Source: an uncultured bacterium
Lineage (GTDB): Bacteria > Zixibacteria > MSB-5A5 > CAIYYT01
Reading direction: 5' to 3'
NCBI GenBank assembly: GCA_963726455.1
Contig: CAVSCK010000004.1
Location: 64,001 to 128,000 of the forward strand
DNA length: 64,000 nucleotides
Position 1 is the stretch's first letter. Each line of letters begins with the position of its first letter. The translations under genes and the position numbers were made by a program. Below, in pieces: positions 60,585 through 64,000 of this stretch. The notes beneath the pieces were generated by a model that made no database searches, had not been told where the DNA came from, and was given only the letters and a program-made list of their open reading frames with translations.

Positions 60585-62189
60585 ATGACCTCATCTCAGA
60601 TTCGGCTCTTCATTAAACTCCTGGCGGTTTTGTCGCTCGTTGCTGTCTTCTTTTCCATCGATAGTTGCAGCAAAAAGCAGCGCCAGGGCATTGCCCAAAG
60701 CGAATGGGAAAAACTGATCGCAATCAGAACCGAGACGAATCAGTTCTACTCCGAATTCGTCGCCGACAAATTCAATGCTGAGATACTCGGACAGCCATCC
60801 CGTCTGGAGGAAATCTGCGCCCGCTATCAAACCTTGGCGAGCCCTGACAATATCCGGCTTGTACAGAAGATCGAGGATTCCTATCAGCCCTCACCGGAGG
60901 AGAGACAGGTTCATTTGCTACGACTGTTTCTGACTCGCACCGCCATGAAAATCGCGACCTGCCAGAGCGAAGAATATCTGCGCGTGCTGCAATTGCAGGA
61001 ACAAGTCAAGGTCGGCAATGCAACCGTCGGTTACAGCGCCGTCAAAGATCAATTGGCATCCGAAACTAATCGCGAGCGCCGCCGCCAACTCTTTGAAGCG
61101 CTACTGCCCGCAATTCAGAAGGAGAACGCCATCCTCAGCACGATTCGCACTGACGAAGATTCCGTGCTGTTTGATCTTGGCTATGGGAATATGACTTCGT
61201 TTCTCGAAGACGAGCGCGCCTGCGATTTGGCGGCACTTTCGCAAGAAGCAGAGCATATTATCACCGACACCGACTCACTGACTCGTGCACTTCTCTCAGA
61301 ATTGTCACCTAAGTTGACCGGCTTGCAAGCCGATGAGCTGCGCGGCTACGATATTCCGTTGCTTCTGAGTGGCAGGCCGTTCGTCAAGTCGTTCCCATCG
61401 GCGCGCATGATTGACGGGATAGAACCAACATTGAAGAATATCGGGCTCAATTTCGATTCACTGTCCGGTCTCAAACTTACAACTTCCGATAATGCGGGCC
61501 GGCATTTCAACTCGGCAATCTACCCGGTCGAGATACCTGCTGACATTCGTGTCGCAGTTGAGTTGGCTGATGGGCCTGATTCATATTCTGAATTCTACCG
61601 CCAATTAGGCCGGGCTCTTCAACATGCGAACACCACCGAACATGGCTTCGAGTTCACCTGTCTGGACAACGGCGTGCTGCTCGATATGTCCTCAAGTTTC
61701 TTCGATCATCTGCTCGACGATCCTGCGTTTCTCGCCAAGCAGGGACTGGCTTCCACCGAATTGAAAGAGTATCTGCGATACCGCGTGCTCGTCAAGCTTA
61801 TTGAGTTACGCTCAAGTTGCGGTGCGCTGCTTTACGAACAATCGCTCTATTCAGGTGCGGATGACGCCAAAACGGCCTTTGAACAGATCATGCAGCCACT
61901 GTTGGGCTATCCCTGGAGCGAGATCGAGCGTGAGAGTTATCTTCGCGATGCCCATTACCTGCGCGCCGCCGATCAGCTTCGCGGTAGTTTCTTTGCAGCG
62001 CAACTTGAGCAGAAACTGAAGAGTTCGATTGGCGCCGACTATTTGGAGCAGTCCGCGACCGGCAACCAGCTTCGAACAGTCTGGTCTGCAGGAAGTCGAA
62101 TTGCTCCCGACTCTGTCGCACAGACTCTTGGTCTTGGCAAGATTTCTCCTGACGATCCGATTCAACAAATTCGCTCGATGCTACAGTAA
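60585..62189 (+). CDS. Lipoprotein with M3/M2-like gluzincin fold and degenerate zinc motif
   Basis: IDS-C lipobox; LASETNRERRRQL, LGY, YPVEIPADIRV; RQLGRALQH where HExGHAxH is expected. Confidence 0.65.
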   Translation: MTSSQIRLFIKLLAVLSLVAVFFSIDSCSKKQRQGIAQSEWEKLIAIRTETNQFYSEFVADKFNAEILGQPSRLEEICARYQTLASPDNIRLVQKIEDSYQPSPEERQVHLLRLFLTRTAMKIATCQSEEYLRVLQLQEQVKVGNATVGYSAVKDQLASETNRERRRQLFEALLPAIQKENAILSTIRTDEDSVLFDLGYGNMTSFLEDERACDLAALSQEAEHIITDTDSLTRALLSELSPKLTGLQADELRGYDIPLLLSGRPFVKSFPSARMIDGIEPTLKNIGLNFDSLSGLKLTTSDNAGRHFNSAIYPVEIPADIRVAVELADGPDSYSEFYRQLGRALQHANTTEHGFEFTCLDNGVLLDMSSSFFDHLLDDPAFLAKQGLASTELKEYLRYRVLVKLIELRSSCGALLYEQSLYSGADDAKTAFEQIMQPLLGYPWSEIERESYLRDAHYLRAADQLRGSFFAAQLEQKLKSSIGADYLEQSATGNQLRTVWSAGSRIAPDSVAQTLGLGKISPDDPIQQIRSMLQ

Positions 62190-62366
62190 CTCGCATCGCA
62201 ACTACTCGTCTGTTTCATTCCAGAAATTCCTGCCTCAGTTTCGGAAATTCCTCGCCACCGAGATGGAAGATGTTTCCGCTGTCTTTGACTTTCAGCCCCC
62301 CGCGTCACCCCCATCGTAGTTTGTAACGAACAACACAACAATGAGTTAAACGTTCCTGCAACGACT

Positions 62367-62382
62367 TGGCACTCTCCTTGCA
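62367..62382 (+). promoter_or_regulatory. sigma54 promoter of flagellar genes
   Basis: TGGCACTCTCCTTGCA, a near-perfect -24/-12 consensus. Confidence 0.85.
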
Positions 62383-62433
62383 TCTAAGCCAACAGGCGGA
62401 AAGCCATATCGGCTATCTATATGAGGAGAGAAA

Positions 62434-63126
62434 ATGCCTGAGAACGAAAGCGCGAACGACGCAAAAACAGAAGCGACCCCAGCCGCTGCGGTTGGCAAAA
62501 AGTCAAAGCTCATTCCTATCGCCGCGGCGGTAGTTGTCTTTGTCATCTTCATCGTGATCTTCTCACTGAAGTACGGTGTCTTCAGCTCCTCGAACGTTTC
62601 ACAGTCCACGGCACAGGCCGATCCACAAAAGGCCAAAGCCGATTCCATCGCTGCTGCCAAGAAAGCCGCCGACTCCGTCGCCCACGTCGAAGCGACAGCG
62701 TACGACGGTCTCTTTTCCGATTTTGAAGAACCACGCAACACCAACGAAGCCGGCGACGAGAACACGGTAGCCGATGACTCGGCCTCCAAGGTCGCCTACT
62801 TCGATAGCCAAAGAACCGATATCGCGCAGAAGCTCACCCAACTTCAGGCCGAGGAGGCAAAGCTGCAATCGCTCAAGTCTGATGTCGAGGCATTGCTTCA
62901 GCGCAAGAAAGACATGGAGGACGGAAATATCACGCAGATGGCGAAGCTTTACGAAGGTATGGCCACCGAGGAATTGGTACCGATCCTGGAACGGCTCACC
63001 GATGCGCAGGTAAGCGTGATGATCAGCAAAATGAAAAAACAGAAAGCGTCCGAGGTTCTGGGCAAGATGAGTCCGGAACGTGCGGCAAAGATCACACAGT
63101 ACATACTCTCAATGAGCGAGAACTAA
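62434..63126 (+). CDS. Flagellar MotE/FlbB-like (MgtE_N-like) protein
   Basis: Single TM, coiled coil, MAKLYEGM....VPILERL...MKKQKASEVLGKMSPERAAKIT. Confidence 0.8.
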   Translation: MPENESANDAKTEATPAAAVGKKSKLIPIAAAVVVFVIFIVIFSLKYGVFSSSNVSQSTAQADPQKAKADSIAAAKKAADSVAHVEATAYDGLFSDFEEPRNTNEAGDENTVADDSASKVAYFDSQRTDIAQKLTQLQAEEAKLQSLKSDVEALLQRKKDMEDGNITQMAKLYEGMATEELVPILERLTDAQVSVMISKMKKQKASEVLGKMSPERAAKITQYILSMSEN

Positions 63127-63129
63127 CGA

Positions 63130-64000
63130 ATGAACGATTTACTAAACCTTGTCAATCTCCCGGAGATCGACACCTCACCGCCTGCCGGAGTTGTTGCTGC
63201 ACAACAGCAGCCGACGGCGGATGGAGGATTTGCCGCCATGCTGACAGAGCTTGGCCAGGCAAATCCGGTGCCCGTCCCAGGGGGGATGACTGCGGACAAA
63301 TCGCAGCCGGGCGAGGTAAGTCCTGCAACATTGGCGGCAATGGCGCCGTCGTTGCAGTTGACTCCCGCACTGCTGCAATTGCTCGGCTCAATGGGACAAC
63401 CAGGTCAACAGTCGGCGATGGACGGTTCCTTAACCGGGTCGCTGCCAATCAATCCGCAGACTTTCGATTTGGCAAATCTGCCTGCAGGCATCCAGCCCCA
63501 GGAGACTCTGGTGACGGCAAATCAACTGCTGGCGCTTAATTCGCCGAAATCGATCGATCCGCAATTGGCGATGTTAATGGAGCAACCAACATCAACCGTC
63601 ACGATGCCGACTATTTCGGAACTGACGGCTGATGCTCAACAGACTGATGTCGCTCCTTATCGTCTGCCTGTCGATCTGATGATGACCAAAAATGATCTGG
63701 CCAAATTGCAGATGTTACTTGCCGGACTGCAAGTGACACCGCAAGGCCAGACCGCCGAGGAACCAGTCACAGTCAATGGCGTACCCATTCCCGTTGACAC
63801 TTCAAGTCCGAGCTATCAACCGGAGTTGCAGAACCTTGAGCAGATGCTCAAGTCGCAGTTCCCAACTCTGAACATTGAACACCTGTCGGCACAACTCAAT
63901 CTCAAGGATCCACAGCTTGCGCAGCTGAAAGCCGCTCTTGCAGCGACAGCGAAGGAAACTCCTGTTGGATCTACACCTGCTAAGCCGCAATTAGTGATTG
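63130..64000 (+). CDS. Probable flagellar hook-length control protein FliK (N-terminal part; runs off the window)
   Basis: Open frame from ATG 63130 to window end; P/Q/A/T-rich with early GGFAAML motif; position after a motE-like gene. Confidence 0.55.
   Translation, partial: MNDLLNLVNLPEIDTSPPAGVVAAQQQPTADGGFAAMLTELGQANPVPVPGGMTADKSQPGEVSPATLAAMAPSLQLTPALLQLLGSMGQPGQQSAMDGSLTGSLPINPQTFDLANLPAGIQPQETLVTANQLLALNSPKSIDPQLAMLMEQPTSTVTMPTISELTADAQQTDVAPYRLPVDLMMTKNDLAKLQMLLAGLQVTPQGQTAEEPVTVNGVPIPVDTSSPSYQPELQNLEQMLKSQFPTLNIEHLSAQLNLKDPQLAQLKAALAATAKETPVGSTPAKPQLVI

Overview
64-kb bacterial chromosomal window, probably from a long-read MAG: many single-base indels break core genes (rnhC, cmk, plsC, rpsA). 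It belongs to a diderm, flagellated organism; the dockerin style and T9SS-like C-terminal domains suggest candidate division Zixibacteria or a related FCB lineage (inference). Housekeeping genes (efp, rnhC, trpS-scpA-scpB-rluB, thyX, cmk-plsC-rpsA, a sigma54-driven flagellar motE/fliK-like pair) are interspersed with many secreted and envelope proteins. The main signal is a candidate non-cellulosomal cohesin-dockerin system. Eight proteins carry dockerins: seven share an 'IS' specificity code and one has a different code. Three of the dockerin carriers are Zn-metalloproteases, and three appear to combine a cohesin-like domain with a dockerin. A cohesin lipoprotein lies in a tightly coupled operon (Ser/Thr kinase, two TPR/CsgG-like proteins, OM beta-barrel, cohesin lipoprotein, large beta-helix/PKD/dockerin/CTD protein). 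Other observations: several GTAG-type REP families with compensatory base changes, a 173-bp MITE with a 4-bp TSD, a 114-bp direct repeat flanking a truncated protease paralog, a 58-aa ORF missed by the ORF track, and four apparent pseudo-enzymes. No rRNA, tRNA, CRISPR array or transposase was recognised.
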